Below, piece by piece: positions 1-14,137 of a stretch of DNA of 64,000 nucleotides (position 1 is the stretch's first letter; every line of letters begins with the position of its first letter). The stretch lies in NCBI RefSeq assembly GCF_009914755.1, contig NC_060932.1; one strand, written 5' to 3'. The notes under the pieces are model-generated. The model saw only the letters and a program-made list of their open reading frames with translations, had not been told where the DNA came from and did no database searches. The DNA comes from the human T2T-CHM13v2.0 reference genome, Homo sapiens. The position numbers and the translations under genes were made by a program.

Positions 1-184
1 TACATGGAAATATTAGGATAAAGTAATATTTACCTTAAATCCCACAACTTTGATATTGTAACCATTAACACCTCTGTGCCTACCCTTTCAAATTTTTATT
101 TTTATATTCAATCAAGCACATTTATACTTAAATAATTGAGGTTATAACAAACATTCTTTGTTTCTACGGACATTTCTTTGACAC

Positions 185-390
185 GTGTATAATCTGCAGT
201 GATCAAATCAGGGTACTTAGTATATCGAACACCTCAAACATTGATCATTTTTTTGTGTCAGAAACATTCAAAATCTGCTTTCTAGCTATTTGAAATTATA
301 CAGTAAATTGTTATGATCATCCTTCAATTATACAGTAAATTGTTGTTATGATCATTCTATACATCCTTCAGTGTATAGAACACTAGAACA
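185..390 (-). mobile_element. Old L1MA-type LINE-1 3' end fragment
   Basis: gatcaaatcagggt...acattcaaaatc...ttctagctatttgaaattatacagtaaattgtt resembles the reverse of L1MA 3' UTR consensus. Confidence 0.6.
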
Positions 391-453
391 TTTTTTTTTG
401 TTGTTGTTTTGTTTTTAGATGGAGTCTCGCTCTGTCACCCAGGCTCGAGTGCA
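391..453 (-). mobile_element. Alu 3' fragment (tail plus about 35 bp)
   Basis: T-rich tail followed by agatggagtctcgctctgtcacccaggctcgagtgca, then abrupt end. Confidence 0.85.
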
Positions 454-720
454 CCAAATATCAAAATTTTAAATAGACAGAATTTTTATGACACTGCATT
501 TTTTTTCAGTGGGTTTAACTTCCTAGCATCCCATGCTTTCTGAACCACCTGGTGGTCTGGTTCTCGCAAGGTGGATTTATAAGAGTTGACAATGGTATGT
601 GAACCAACTGGATAATGCAGGGCTTTATACATACTCATGTTTTTTTATTATATAATTTTTATTAAGAGGTTTTATTTTCCACTTGGATCAAAATATGGGA
701 GGATATTTGGTAAGTAAATA

Positions 721-1070
721 TAGTCATGTGTCACTTAACAGGAGTAATTCTGAGAAATGAATTATTAGGTGCATTTTTATTGTGCCATTTTATTGGCATT
801 ATTATTGTGCCAATGTCATAGGGTATACTTTACACAAACCTGATAATACAGCCTAATACATACCTAGGCTATATAACATAGCTATTGCTCCTAGATTGCA
901 AATCTCTCCAGTATGTTACTATAGGTTATTGTAACACAATGGTAAGTATTTATGTATCTAAACATAGAAAAGATACAGTAAAATATGGTATTATAAACTC
1001 ATGGGATCACTGCTATATGTGTATCCCATCATTGACCAAAATGTTGTTATGCAGTGCATGTGCATGACTG
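721..1070 (-). mobile_element. Tigger3a (MER7A/Golem) TcMar DNA transposon, full length
   Basis: Terminal inverted repeats (t)agtcatg... and ...catgactg, TA on both sides, internal cacaatggtaagtatttatgtatctaaacatagaaaagatacagtaaaa matches recalled consensus. Confidence 0.85.
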
Positions 1071-4000
1071 TATATGTATGCACAGTTTTATTTTTGCTTC
1101 AGTTTGCCTTCTGGATCCACACTGGCATTGCTATGGATCCACATGGCACTGCTAGAAGAATAAATATATGAACACATTTAAACATCCATAAAGTATGATT
1201 GCGTATCTATTTAAATTAGTTTTTTATTTTTATTTTATGGGTTCATAGTAAAAGAATGTATTTATGGGTTAAATGAGATATTTTGACACAGGCATGCAAC
1301 ACATAATAATCACATCAGGGTAAATAATGTATCCATCACCTCAAGCATTTATTCTTTGTGTTATGAACAATCCAATATACTCTTTCAGTTATTTTTAAAT
1401 GTACCATTAAATTATTTTTGACTATAGTCACCCTATTGTGCTATCAAATACTAGGTCTTATTTATCCTTTCCATTTTTGTATACCCATTAACCATCCCTA
1501 CTTCCCCACCCCCGACTCCCTCTGCTACCCTTCCCAGCCTTTGGTAACCATCCTTCTATTCTCTATCTCCATGAGTTCAATTGTTTTGATTTTTAGCTCC
1601 CACAAATAAGTGATAACATGCAGTTTGTCTTTCTGTGCCTCCCTTATTTCACTTAACATAATGACCTCCAGTTCCATCCATGTTGTTGAAAATGACAGGA
1701 TCTCATTCTTCTTTTATGGATGAACAGTACTCCACTGTGTATATGTGCCACATTTTTAAAATTCATCTGTTGATGGACACTTCAGTTGCTCCCTAATCTT
1801 GGCTATTGTAAATAGTACTGCAATAAACATGGGCATACAGATATCTCTTCAATATACTAATTTTCTTTCTTTTAGGTATACACCCAGGAGTGGGGTCGCT
1901 GGATTGTGTAGTAGCACCCTTTTTAGCTTTTTGAAAAATCTCCAAACCACTCTCCATAGTGGTTGTACTACTTTACATTCCCATTAACAGCATAACAGGG
2001 TTCCCTTTTCTCCATGTCCTCACCAGCATTTCTTACAGCTTTTGGATAAAAGCCATTTTAACTGGGGTGAGGTGATATGTCATTGTAGTTTTGATTTGCA
2101 TTTCTCTGATGATCACTGATGTTGAGGGCCTTTTCATACACATTTTCCATTTGTATGTCTTCAGATATTGAGAAATATCTATTCAGATCTTTTGACCATT
2201 TTTAATCAGATTATTAGGTTTTTACTTACAGAATTGTTTGAGCTTATATATTCTGGTTATTAATCCCCTGCAGATATTTTCTCCCATTCTTTGGGTTGAT
2301 ACTTCTTTTTGTTCATTGTTTCCTTTGCTGTGCAAAAGCTTTTTAACTTGATGTGATTCCGTTTGTCCACTTTTGCTTTGGTTGACTGTCCTCGTGGGGT
2401 ATTACTCAAGAAATCTTCGCCCACCCTAACCTCCTCGAGATTTTCACCAATGTTTTCTTGTAGTAGTTTCATAGCTTGAGGTCTTAGAGTTAAGTCTTCA
2501 ACCTGTTTTGATTTTATTTTTGTATACAGTGAGATTTAGGAGTCTAATTTCATTTTTCTGCATATGGATATCCAGTTTTCCCAACACCATTTATTGAAGA
2601 GACTGTCCTTTCCCTAATGTATGTTCTTGACACCTTTATTGATTATGAATTTACTGTAGATGTGTGGATTTCTTTTTGGGTTCTCTACTGTTACATTGGT
2701 CTATGTGTTTGATTTTATGCCAGTACCATGCCATTTTGGTTACTATAATTCTGTAGTATAACTTGAAATCAGGTAATGTGATTCTTCCAGTTTTGTTCTT
2801 TTTGCTTAGGATAGCTTTGGCTATTGTAGGTCTTTTTGTGGTTCCATATAAATTTAAGAATTGTTTTTCCTGTTTATGTGAATAATGTCATTAGTATTTT
2901 GATAGGGAATGTATTGAGTTTGTAGATGTAGATTGCTTTGTGTATTTATGGACATTTTAACAATTTTGATTCTTCTAATCCAACATGGAATATATTTCAA
3001 TTTTTTGGCCTCTTAAATTTCTTTTATCAATGTTTTACAGTTTTCATTGTAGAGAACTTTCACTTCTTTAGTTAATTCCTAGGTATATTTTAACTTTATT
3101 TGTAGCTATTGTAAATATGATTATTTTCTGGATTTCTTTTTCAGACTGTTCTCTGTTAGCATATAGAAATGCTACTGATTTGTGTGTGTTGATTTTATAA
3201 CCTGCAACTTTACTAAATTTGTTTATCAGTTCTAATAGTTTTTTGGCAGAGTCTTTATATAAGATTATATATATTCCAAATATAAGATTATATCATCTGC
3301 AAACAAAGATAATTTGACTTCTTCCTTTTCAATTTGGATACCCTTAATAAACTTTCTCTTATCTGATCGCTCTAGCTAGAACTTCCACTACTATGTTGAA
3401 AAACAGTGGTGAAAGTGGGGATTCTTGTTATGTTCCCAATCTTGGAGGAAAGGCTTGCAGTTTTTCCCAATCTTGGAGGAAAGGCTTGCAGTTTTTCCCC
3501 ATTCAGTATGATACTAGCTATGGGTCTGTCATACGTGGCTTTCATTATGTTGAAGGCATGTTCCTTCTACACCTAGTTTTTTGGTTTTTGTTATGTTGAG
3601 GCATGTTCTTTCTATACCCAGTTTCCTTGTATACCCAGCTTTTTGAGTATACCTATCTTGAAGGGATGTTGAATTTTATCAAATGCTTTTTCAGCATCGA
3701 TTGAAATGATCACATGTTTTTTCCCATCATTCTGTTGATATGATATATTACATTGATTTATTCTTGCATATGTTTAACCATTCTTGCATCCCTGGATAAA
3801 TCCCACTTGGTCATGATGAATGATCTTCTTACGGTGTTGTTGAATTTGGTTTGCTAGTATTTACTTGAGGATTTTGCACCAATATTCATCGGAGATATTG
3901 GTCTGTAGGTTTTTTTGTGTATGTGATGTGTCTTTGTCTGGTTTTGGTATCTGGGTGATACTGGCTTCACAGAATGAGTTTAGAAGTATTCCATCCTCCT

Positions 4001-4566
4001 CTATTTTTTGTAATAGTTTGAGTAGGATTGGTATTAGTGCTTCTTTAATTGTTTAGTATTAATAGAATTCAGCAGTGAAGATATCAGGTCTCAGGCTTTT
4101 CTTTGCTGGGAGACATTTTAATATGGCTTTGATTTCATTACTTTTTGTTCTGTACAGCTTTTCGATTTATTCCTGGTTCAATCTTGGTAGGTTGTGTGTC
4201 TCTAGGAATTTTGTCATATCTTCTAGATTTTGCAATATGTTGGTGGCATATAGTTCCTCAGAGTAGCCACTACTGATGCTTTGAATTTCTGTGGTATTGG
4301 TTGTAATATCTCCTTTTTATCTTTGATTTTATTTGGGTCTTCTCTCTTTTTTTCTTAGTCTGGCCAAAGGTTTGTCCATTTTATCTTTAAAAAAAAACCA
4401 ACTTTTTGTTTTGTTGATCTTTTATATTGTTTCCTTGGTTCAATTTTATTTATCTCTGCTCCAATTTTTATTATTTCTTTTTTTCTATTAATTTTGGGTT
4501 TTGTTTGTTCTTGCTTTTCTAGTTCTTTAAGATACATCACTAGGTTGTTTATTTGAAGTTTTTCTT

Positions 4567-4876
4567 TTTCTTTTTCTTTCTTTTTTTTTCTTTTTTGAGG
4601 CAGAGTCTAGCTCTGTCTCCCAGGCTGGAGTGCAGTGACATGATCTCAGCTCACTGAAACCTTCATCTCCTGGGTTCAAGCAATTCTCTGCCTCAGCCTC
4701 CCAAGTAGCTGGGATTACAGGTGCCCACCACCACGCCTGGCTAATTTTTCTTTTTTTTGCTAGAAATGGGGTTTCACCATCTTGGCCAGGCTGATCTTGA
4801 ACTCCTGACCTCGTGATCCACCTGTTTTGGCCTCCCAAAGTGCTGGGATTACAGGCATGAGCCACCGCGCCTGGGC
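4567..4876 (-). mobile_element. AluS (AluSg-like) inserted in L1MA
   Basis: Full dimer; target-site duplication tgaag(t/a)ttttctt at 4554-4566 and 4877-4889. Confidence 0.95.
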
Positions 4877-6747
4877 TGAAGATTTTCTTCGCTTTTGACT
4901 TACAGCTATACACTTCCTTCTTGGTACTACTTTCACTGTATCCCAAAGGTTTTGTGTGTTGTGTTTCCATTATCATTTGTTTCATGAAATTCTTCAATTT
5001 TCTTCTTAATTTCTTCAATGATTCAATGGACATTCAGGAGCATATTGTTTAATTTCCATGTGTTTGTATAGTTTCCAAAATTCTTCTTGTTATTAACAAG
5101 AAGAATTCTTGTTAATAATAATAAGAATTCTTCTTGTTATTAACTGGCTTTCTTTCATTGTGGTCGAAGAAGATGCTTGAAATTATTTCAGTTTTTCTGA
5201 ATGTTTTAAGACTGGTTTTGTGACCTACATATGGTCACATGTCAAGAATAATCCATATCTTGAGGTAAAGAATGTTTATTCTACAGCTATTGGATGAAAT
5301 GCTCTGTAAATATCTACTGGGTCTCTTTGGTCTATAGTGCAGACTAAACCCGATCTTTCTTTGTTGATTTTCTGTCTGGAAGATCTGTTCAATGCTGAAA
5401 GTGGGTGTTGAAGTCTCCAGGTATTGTTGTTTGAGGTCTCTCTCTCTCTCTCTCTTTAGCTCTAATAATATTTGCTTTATATATCTTGGTGCTCCAATGT
5501 TACGTGTATATATATTTACAATTATTATATATTCTTGCTGAATTGACCTGTTTATCATTATATAATGATCTTCTTTGTCTCTTGTATTTTTTGTCTTAAA
5601 ATTTATTTTGTCTGATATAAGTATAACTACTCCTGTTCTTTTTTTCATTTCCATTGGCATAGAATATCTTTTTCCATTCCTTTATTTTCAGTCTGTGTGT
5701 ATCTTTATAATTGAAGTGTGTTTCTTGTAGGCAACAGATTGGGTTTTTCTTTTTACTGTCCATTCAGACATTCTATGTATTTTTATTAGCGTATATAGTT
5801 CATTTACATTCAATGTTATTATTGATAACTAAGGATCTAATTCCTTCCATTTTGTTATTTGTTTTCCGGTTATTTTGTGGCCTTTCTCTTCCTTCTTTCT
5901 TTTCTCCCTTTTAGTGAAGGGGATTTTTCTCTGGTCATATGATTTAATTTTTTGCCTTATATTTTTGTGTATTTGTTGTATATTTTTTACTTGAGGTTAC
6001 CATCAGGATTGTAAATACTACCTTATAACCATTATTTTAAACTGGTAACAACTTAACATTGCTTGGATAAACATACAAATTAACTATGAAGCAAAAAGAA
6101 AAGTAAAAAACACTACACTTATCTTTGTCTTCCCACTTTTTAACTTTTTGTTATTTCTATTTATATCTCATTGTAATGTCTATGTCTTGAGAAGTTGTAG
6201 TTGTTTTTGATTGGTTCATCATTTGGTTTTACTACTTAAAATAAGAGGAGTTTACACACCACAATTACGGTGTTATAATATTCTGTGTTTTTCTGTGTAC
6301 TTACTATTGCCAATGAGTTTTATACCTTCAGATGATTTCTTATTGCTCATTAACTTTCTTTTCTTTCTGATTGAAGTACTCCCTTTAGCATTTCTTGTAG
6401 CATAGGTCTGGTGTTGATAAAATCCCTCAGCTTTTGTTTGCGTGAGAAAGTCTTTATTTCTCTGTCATGTTTGAAGGATATTTTCACTGAATATACTATT
6501 CTAGGGTAAAAAGTTTTTTCCTTCGGCATTTTCAATATGTCATACCTGTAAGGTTTCCACTGAAATGTCTGCTGCCAGACCTATTGGAGCTCCATTATAT
6601 GTTATTTTTTTTTTTTCGTTGCTTTTAGTATCCTTTCTTTACCTTTGGGAGTTTGATTATTAAATGCCTTTAATTAATCTTCTTTCAGTAAAATCTGCTT
6701 GGTGTTCTATAACCTTCTTGTACATGGATATTGATAACTTTCTCTAG

Positions 6748-7198
<451 letters not shown>

Positions 7199-9411
7199 TC
7201 TTTTTTATTCTTTTTTCTTTTGTCTTCTCTGTGTATTTTCAAATAACCTGTGTTCAAGCTCACGAATTCTTTCTTTGGCTGATAAATTCTGTTATTAATA
7301 GATTTCTGATGCATTCTTCAGTATGCCAGTTGTATTGTTTAACTCTAAAATTTCTTCTTGATTATCTTTAATTATTTCAATCTCTGTTAAATGTATCTGA
7401 TAGAATTCTGAATTCCTTCTCTGTGTTATCTTTAATTTCTTTAAGTTTCCTCAAATCAGCTATTTTGAATTCTTTGTCTGAAAGGTCACATATCTCTGTA
7501 TTTCTGAGATTGGTCCCTGGTGCCTTTTTTAGTTCTGTCAGGTCATCTTATCCTGGATGGTCTTGATGCCTGTTGATATTTGTTGGTGTCTGGGCATTGA
7601 AGAGTTGGGTATTTATTGTAGTCTTTGCAATCTGGGCTTCTTTTTTTAACTTGTCCTTATTTGGAAGCTTTTTCAGGTATTGAAAAGGACTTGGGTGTTG
7701 TGATCTAAGCCATGCCTTCATTAGGGGAACCCCAAGCCCAGTAATGCTGTGGTTCTTGCAGACTCATAGAGGTACTGCCTTGGTGGTCATGGATAAGTTC
7801 AGGAAGAATTCTCTGGATTCCCAGGCAGACTCTTGTTCTCTTCCGTAATTTCTCCCAAATCAGTGAAGTCTTCCTCTCTGTGCTGAGCTGCCTGGTGTGG
7901 AGACTAGAGTGACACAAGCAACCCTGTGGCCACTAACACTAGGATTGCACTGGGTCAGGCCTGAAGCCAGCACAGTACTAGGTCTCACTCAAGGCCCTCT
8001 GATAACACACCCTGGCTACTGCCTGTGTTTGCTCAAGGCCCTATGTCTCTACAGTCTCAGGTGGTAAAGCCAACTAGGCTTGTTTCCTTCGCTTCAGGGT
8101 GTTGAGTTTCCCCAGGCTTTGTTGAGCCAAGGCCTTGAACTGGGGACCACAAGTGCCTCCTTGGTGCTCTGTCTCACTGTGGCCAAGCTGGTATCTAATC
8201 TCCTTTACTTTATCTTCTGCTTTTCTTAAGCAGAAGGAGTCTCTCTCCAGAGTCACCACAGCTGGGAATATGCTGGGTCTTATCTGAAGTCAGCACATCT
8301 CAGAGTCTCACCTAAGACCCATGGTGTACTGCCTGGGTATTATTGCTGCAGTTATTCAGGACCCAAGCTCTCTTCAGTCAGCAAGTGATGAATCCTGCCA
8401 GGACTAGGTCACTCCCTTCGAGGCAAGAAGTTCCCTTCTGGCCCAGGGTTTGTCTAGAAATGTCATCCAAGAGCTAAGGCCTTGAATGGGAGCTTTGTAG
8501 CTCTGCCCCCTGAGTGGCCATCAAGAAGCAAGACAATAGTCTTCTTTATTCTTCCCTTTCCTCTTCTCAGGCTGAAGGAAGGGGTCTCTTTTGGAGCCAT
8601 CAGTTGTATTGCCTGGGGTTGGCCATAGCAGTTGTGCATGCACTCTTTTAGCTGCCTTCTGGGTGTCTCAGTTATTGCCTGCCCCCCAAGCTCGCTGGCT
8701 CCAAGCCAAGGTCAGTAATTGGAATTTTAGTCCTTGTGTCCTAGACTGTGTTTCAAGTTTATTTAGAGTCCTAGAGCATTTCAGTCTATGGTGGCCAGGC
8801 TTACTGGAACTCAAGTTCTGAGTGCTGGGATGGGTGATTCTCCTCTGGCTAGGGCGGGTCTGAATACCCCCTCCATTGGTGGGGGTCAGCTGAGTTCAGC
8901 CCAGTTTTGTCTTCTGCTGTGATAGGGCAGCACTGAGTTTAATGCAAGGTCTCACAATCACTGCACTGTACCTCTCCCAAGTGCAGTGATGCCACGTGAC
9001 CGCTGCAGGGGCAGGGTGGGTGATGGGAGGGGTTGGCATTGACAATTCAAGACTGTCTTTTCTACCCTCTTCTGTGGTTCTTTGAACAATATGAAGTTAA
9101 AACCAGGTACTGTGAGTGCTCACCTGATTTTGGTTCTCATGAAGGTGCTTTTTTGTGTAGATAGTTGTTGAGTTTGGTGCTCCTGCAGTGAGGATGATTG
9201 GTGGGGCCATCTTGCTCTCCCCCCTCTGTATATCTTTATTATGTTCTTTAGTATTGAATTCAAATAACAAACCCAGTAATAGGCTTAATTAAATCATATT
9301 TGCATTCAATATCATCTGCCAAGGAATATGTCAGTTGTTAACTCAGAATGAAACTGATTTTTCATAATTCTTACTAGGGATATTTCCTCACTTTTCAGTT
9401 TTAAGTTAGTA

Positions 9412-9716
9412 TTTTTTTTTTTTTTTTGAGATGGAGTTTCACTCTTCTTACCCAGGCTGGAGTGCAGTGGCACAATCTCGGCTCACTGCAACCCTCTGCC
9501 TCCCGGGTTCAAGCAATTCTGCTGCCCCAGCCTCCCGATTAGCTGGGATTACAGGCGTGGCCCACCACGCCCGGCTAAATTTTTTTTTTTTTTTTTTCAT
9601 TAGAGACGAGGTTTCTCCACGTTGGCCAGGCTGCTCAAACTCCCAACCACAGGTGATCTGCCCGCCTCAGCCTTCCAAAGTGCTGGGATTACAGGCGTGA
9701 GCCACCGTGCCTGGCT
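9412..9716 (-). mobile_element. AluSp-like element
   Basis: Full dimer with gagtttcactctt and gtttctcca; flanks share tagtatttt. Confidence 0.95.
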
Positions 9717-9894
9717 TTGCTAGTATTTTTAATACAAAGGATACTTTTTGTTTATTCTTATTATTTCTGGCTTCATATTTTATGAAAGTAAATCAAGATA
9801 ACTATAAACAATAGTCATTTAAATAGAATACTTTAAAAATACATTATCTTTTATAATCTTCCTTAGAGAGAATGACAGGATTAGGAAGAAAATG

Positions 9895-10060
9895 ATATCT
9901 AGAACCAGGTTTAAGCCATGTCTGACACTGCCAGTATGATCTTGAAATCTGAGGCTCATGTTCTTTAACTAAATAATAAGAAAATACCAACTATATAAAT
10001 GTACAGAGTTGTTACTAAGGTTAAATGAGGCAATGTAAGTAAACCTGCACTGAAAAATTT
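9895..10060 (+). mobile_element. MIR fragment
   Basis: ...cagagttgttactaaggttaaatgaggcaatgtaagtaaa resembles MIR 3' part. Confidence 0.5.
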
Positions 10061-11009
10061 AAAGGTTATTCAAATGTTAATTATTTTTATTGTTTTATGT
10101 ATTCATTTCTTTCCCTTGGAGCAAATAGAGAAAATTAAAGGGATATAAAGTGGAAGAAAAATGTAAAAGGCAACCTTTAGGAAGAAATCATCATGATCCA
10201 ATTGCAATTGTATAGATAGTTTTGCCACTTCCCAAGAATAGACTCTTGCTATATCAGTGGTTTTATTCCCAAGGAATCTCACAGTGTTGAAAACTAATTT
10301 ATAAAATAATTGTTCCAATATGGAAAAAAATTGGGAGATGGAGAATTTCATCCTCTAAGTGATGGAAGTATTTTTTCTTCAAGAATTTTAATACTGAAGT
10401 TTTTTTATTAGCACAATTGCATAGTTCTAAATTCTACACATTACTGAACAAATCGAGCATTGATAATGCACATCAGCATCTGCTCAAAAATGTCTTTTAT
10501 TTTCCTAAAACCACTGACACAGAGATTAACACAGTGCTGCTTATAAATTCTTTTTCACACATTTTTATGATAAATAAAACACAAAGCACTCAAGATAAAT
10601 TTTATTTTTACCCAGAAGTTCTAACTTTTTGTTTTAATTGCATTTTAACTAGTACTTATGAGATAGATGCAATTAAGTTCTTATTAATTGATAATGTTAC
10701 ATTAAATAAATATCTATTTTTTAATGTTTTAATGTAGAAGAATTGCATGAATTGTAAAATAATCATAGTTTTCTAACATATTAGAAAGAAGAAAGCTATG
10801 AGGAGAATTTTAACAAATAGTAGGTTTGGCTTTGCCTGGCATGAGTGTGGGTAGTTGTGGAAAGGTACATAAAGAAGATATATAATGTAATGTTGTATGA
10901 ACAGACATCAAAGTACAATTTACTTGCTTTGAGCAAATTGTCATGAAGCTTAAAAGCAATGTGGAGGAACTTACTAGCAAGTGGAACTATCTTAAGAAAA
11001 AAGGTGAAA

Positions 11010-11711
11010 TAATAATTCCTTCAATAAAAATCTATTGAGCACGTTCTAAATGCCAGACACTCTTCATAGTACAGAACTTAATACAGACCATCTTCATTCT
11101 GTGTTTATTCCAGTGGGAGGTAACTGACAATACAAAGAGGAAAATACGTAATGTATTGGAACATGATTAGTGTTATGAATGAGTTCAGGGATGAGTCCTG
11201 ACAAGAGTAGAGGTGGATAATTCAGTTGTATTTAGAAATACTCTGAGAAAGCCTCAATGAGAAGTTGACATTTGAGCAGAAACATGAAGGAGGAGAGGGG
11301 GCATGCAATGCAGATATCTGGAGAAAGAATATTTGAAGCAGACAAAATTGGAAATGCAAAAATCCCAAGTCGAGAGTTTGCTTGGTATATGAGAGGGATG
11401 GAAAGAAGGCCAACATGATGACTAAATGGAAATGGAAAAGTGGGAAAGCTTTAGATGCAGTCGGAGAGATAGTTTGGCCCATTGTAAAACCTCAGCCATT
11501 TTTACTTGGAGTCTGATGGAATCTAGCGACAAACCTGACTTCCATTGCCTGGCATAGTACAGTATTGAGCAAAGGTGTAAACAGAGGGAATATTTAAGAG
11601 AGTACTACATTAATCCAGGTAAACAGTGAGGATTGAACTAGGCTTGTAATAGTAGCAGGATGAAAAGTGGTAATATTCCCTTGATGCTACCTTCAAAATA
11701 TGTCCAGAATA
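11010..11711 (-). mobile_element. L2 (L2a-like) 3' region
   Basis: ttcaataaaaatctattgagcac...tgccagacact, gagaagttgacatttgagcaga, gcagatatctggagaaagaat are typical reverse L2 motifs. Confidence 0.8.
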
Positions 11712-11829
11712 CACAGGGCTTTCACAGAACCCAAAGGTAGAGTTTCACCTTGATGGCAATAGATACCTAGAACCAAGATCTTGAACATTTCTTCTACAGA
11801 AAAGTAACTGAATCCCTGAATAGCTTTTG

Positions 11830-12099
<270 letters not shown>

Positions 12100-12463
12100 A
12101 TAGTTTTTATAAAACAGAAGGATTTAAAGACTTCAATTGAATAATTGAGTAAAAATATGCAGGAAACTTCGAAGAAACATTTTTATCATATTTGGAGTTA
12201 ATTGGAGATAAAAGATATTCATAAAATAATGTATAGAATTCGCTTTAAAAACTGCAGTTTTAAAACATTAGATATAAGTACCATTTAAATATGATTATGA
12301 CTTTAAAGAATTATCTTGAAGGTATTATTTTAAATGGCTGTCTAATTTTTGCTCTCTTAAAGAAGAGTCTAAATGTAGATCTTCTACTCAGTATAAATAA
12401 AAGGAAAACATGGTTAAATGCCCTCTAAAATAAGGAATTCAGAGTATCAACTGAAATTAAGGC

Positions 12464-12913
12464 TGTTGAAGCAGAAATAACTTGATAAATGTTTAATGGA
12501 AGCCAAATGTAAGGATTGATCCAGGAAGGCATAGCAACAAGTCTTGGCACGACCCAGAGTTGGCTACAAGTTGGAAGGGTTTTATTAAAGTTTAAGAGAA
12601 GAAACAGGACTCCTTATATTGGAGTTGTCCTTTTACACTGAAGGTGCAATATAGAGTTTATAATCATTCGCTACAGATTGCAACATATAGGCTAAAATGT
12701 CTACATACAAGATAATCAGTAAAATTTCATGATGCAAAAAATCAAATCAGCATCGTTTTTAATGTCAGGATTTCATACATTAATCAGTATGTCAAAAACT
12801 GGAGTAACTCCGATAAGATTATTTACTAACAAACAGGATGTCACCATGAATCACAAGACATTTCCCAGGAGGGCTAATTTGGAAGCTTGCCAGATATGAT
12901 CTGTAGGTTATCA
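12464..12913 (-). mobile_element. ERV1-class solo LTR (MER92-like)
   Basis: About 450-bp block with TG...CA ends; reverse strand starts tgataacctacagatcatatctggcaagcttccaaatta, similar to recalled MER92-type LTR start. Confidence 0.55.
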
Positions 12914-13744
12914 GTAGTTAATGTAAAGGATTTATTTTTTGTATGAAGAGTGAGACATGTAAATAGAAAACGGTATAAAAGAGTTCAAAGAAGGAAGCAC
13001 GAAGTGAAAACTTAAATTTCTGAATTGCTTGTCTGCAAATAGAAGCCAAGATACACATGAGACTGCCCAGGAAATGCATATAGAAAAAAAAATACCCAAG
13101 CCATGATTACTATATTTCCTGCAAATATTAGAAAAGTTAGTGTGGAGAAAAACTGAAACTATTCATTATATTTTAAGCATGAATTGGTTGTTTGCAGAAA
13201 TCATGAATAAATATATTCTATAAACATATTTTCCATGTATTTTGGAAAATACATATTATATATTTTTATCACCTTTTACTCAATTATGACTTTGTATCAT
13301 TTCTGAAAGTAGTTTCACCAAAATAAGCCTAATACGTTACTGTGTGTTGTCTTGTATTATTTTCTCACCTATTATTGGCATACTCCAGTTTTAACTTTAG
13401 ATAAAACAATATATCATGGCATTTCATGCTTTCACCTGTACAATGACTAAGATAAATAGTTGGATGTGTCAAAAAGTAACTCCGGAGGTGGTGTGAGCCT
13501 GAAATTTACATATTTTTGTTATATATTAAAGAATATATAATTTAAAACAATACCTATAATTTAATCACATATTTGATAATGTAAAGATGAATCTGTACCA
13601 ATTAAAACTTAGAATTTTTTAGCAAAGAAACCTACCCCTTATTCCACCTGGACTAAAAAAGAAGGAAGGAATGGGAATGAGGGAGGAGTGTGTGTTTGAC
13701 TCTCAGGCAGTCCATATTTTATGTACTAGGGAATGGGGAAGGAA

Positions 13745-14126
13745 GTTAGGATATAATTTTGCAGAATAGTGCACTTCAACTAACAATATTGTTTGCAGCT
13801 CCACTCCTATTTTTTATTGATTTTATTTGCTGTAAACAAGTATCGAGGGTCTTTGGGGTTCCACAAAGCAGATGGGCCACCATCTCTGCTGCAGCTGCCT
13901 CTCCTAATCCTGCTCTGGGCTTTGAATTTCTCCACTCTGCAATCTGTCTATGCTCTTCTATTCACTTTCTTCCCCCAGAAACGTGCTGCACACTCATCAA
14001 CTGATAACGTCCTCCCTTACCTCCTTGATGTTTTTATCATTATTTTTATATTTCTATCATCATTTTAAAGAGTCATTTTGAGAGGAGAGTGATGAACAGA
14101 TCTATGTCTGCAGGTTGAATCAAAAG
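13745..14126 (-). mobile_element. Ancient HAL1/L1ME-type 5' end fragment
   Basis: tttgagaggagagtgatgaacagatctatgtctgcaggttgaatcaaaag resembles the degraded reverse 5' terminus of HAL1/L1ME. Confidence 0.4.
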
Positions 14127-14137
14127 CATCTATTCCT

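Noticed and set aside
4527-5033. 168-aa ORF and similar ORFs at 6775, 9431, 27832, 28352 and 48330
   Set aside because: Typical Alu translations ([19 protein letters not shown]) joined to L1 or T-rich sequence
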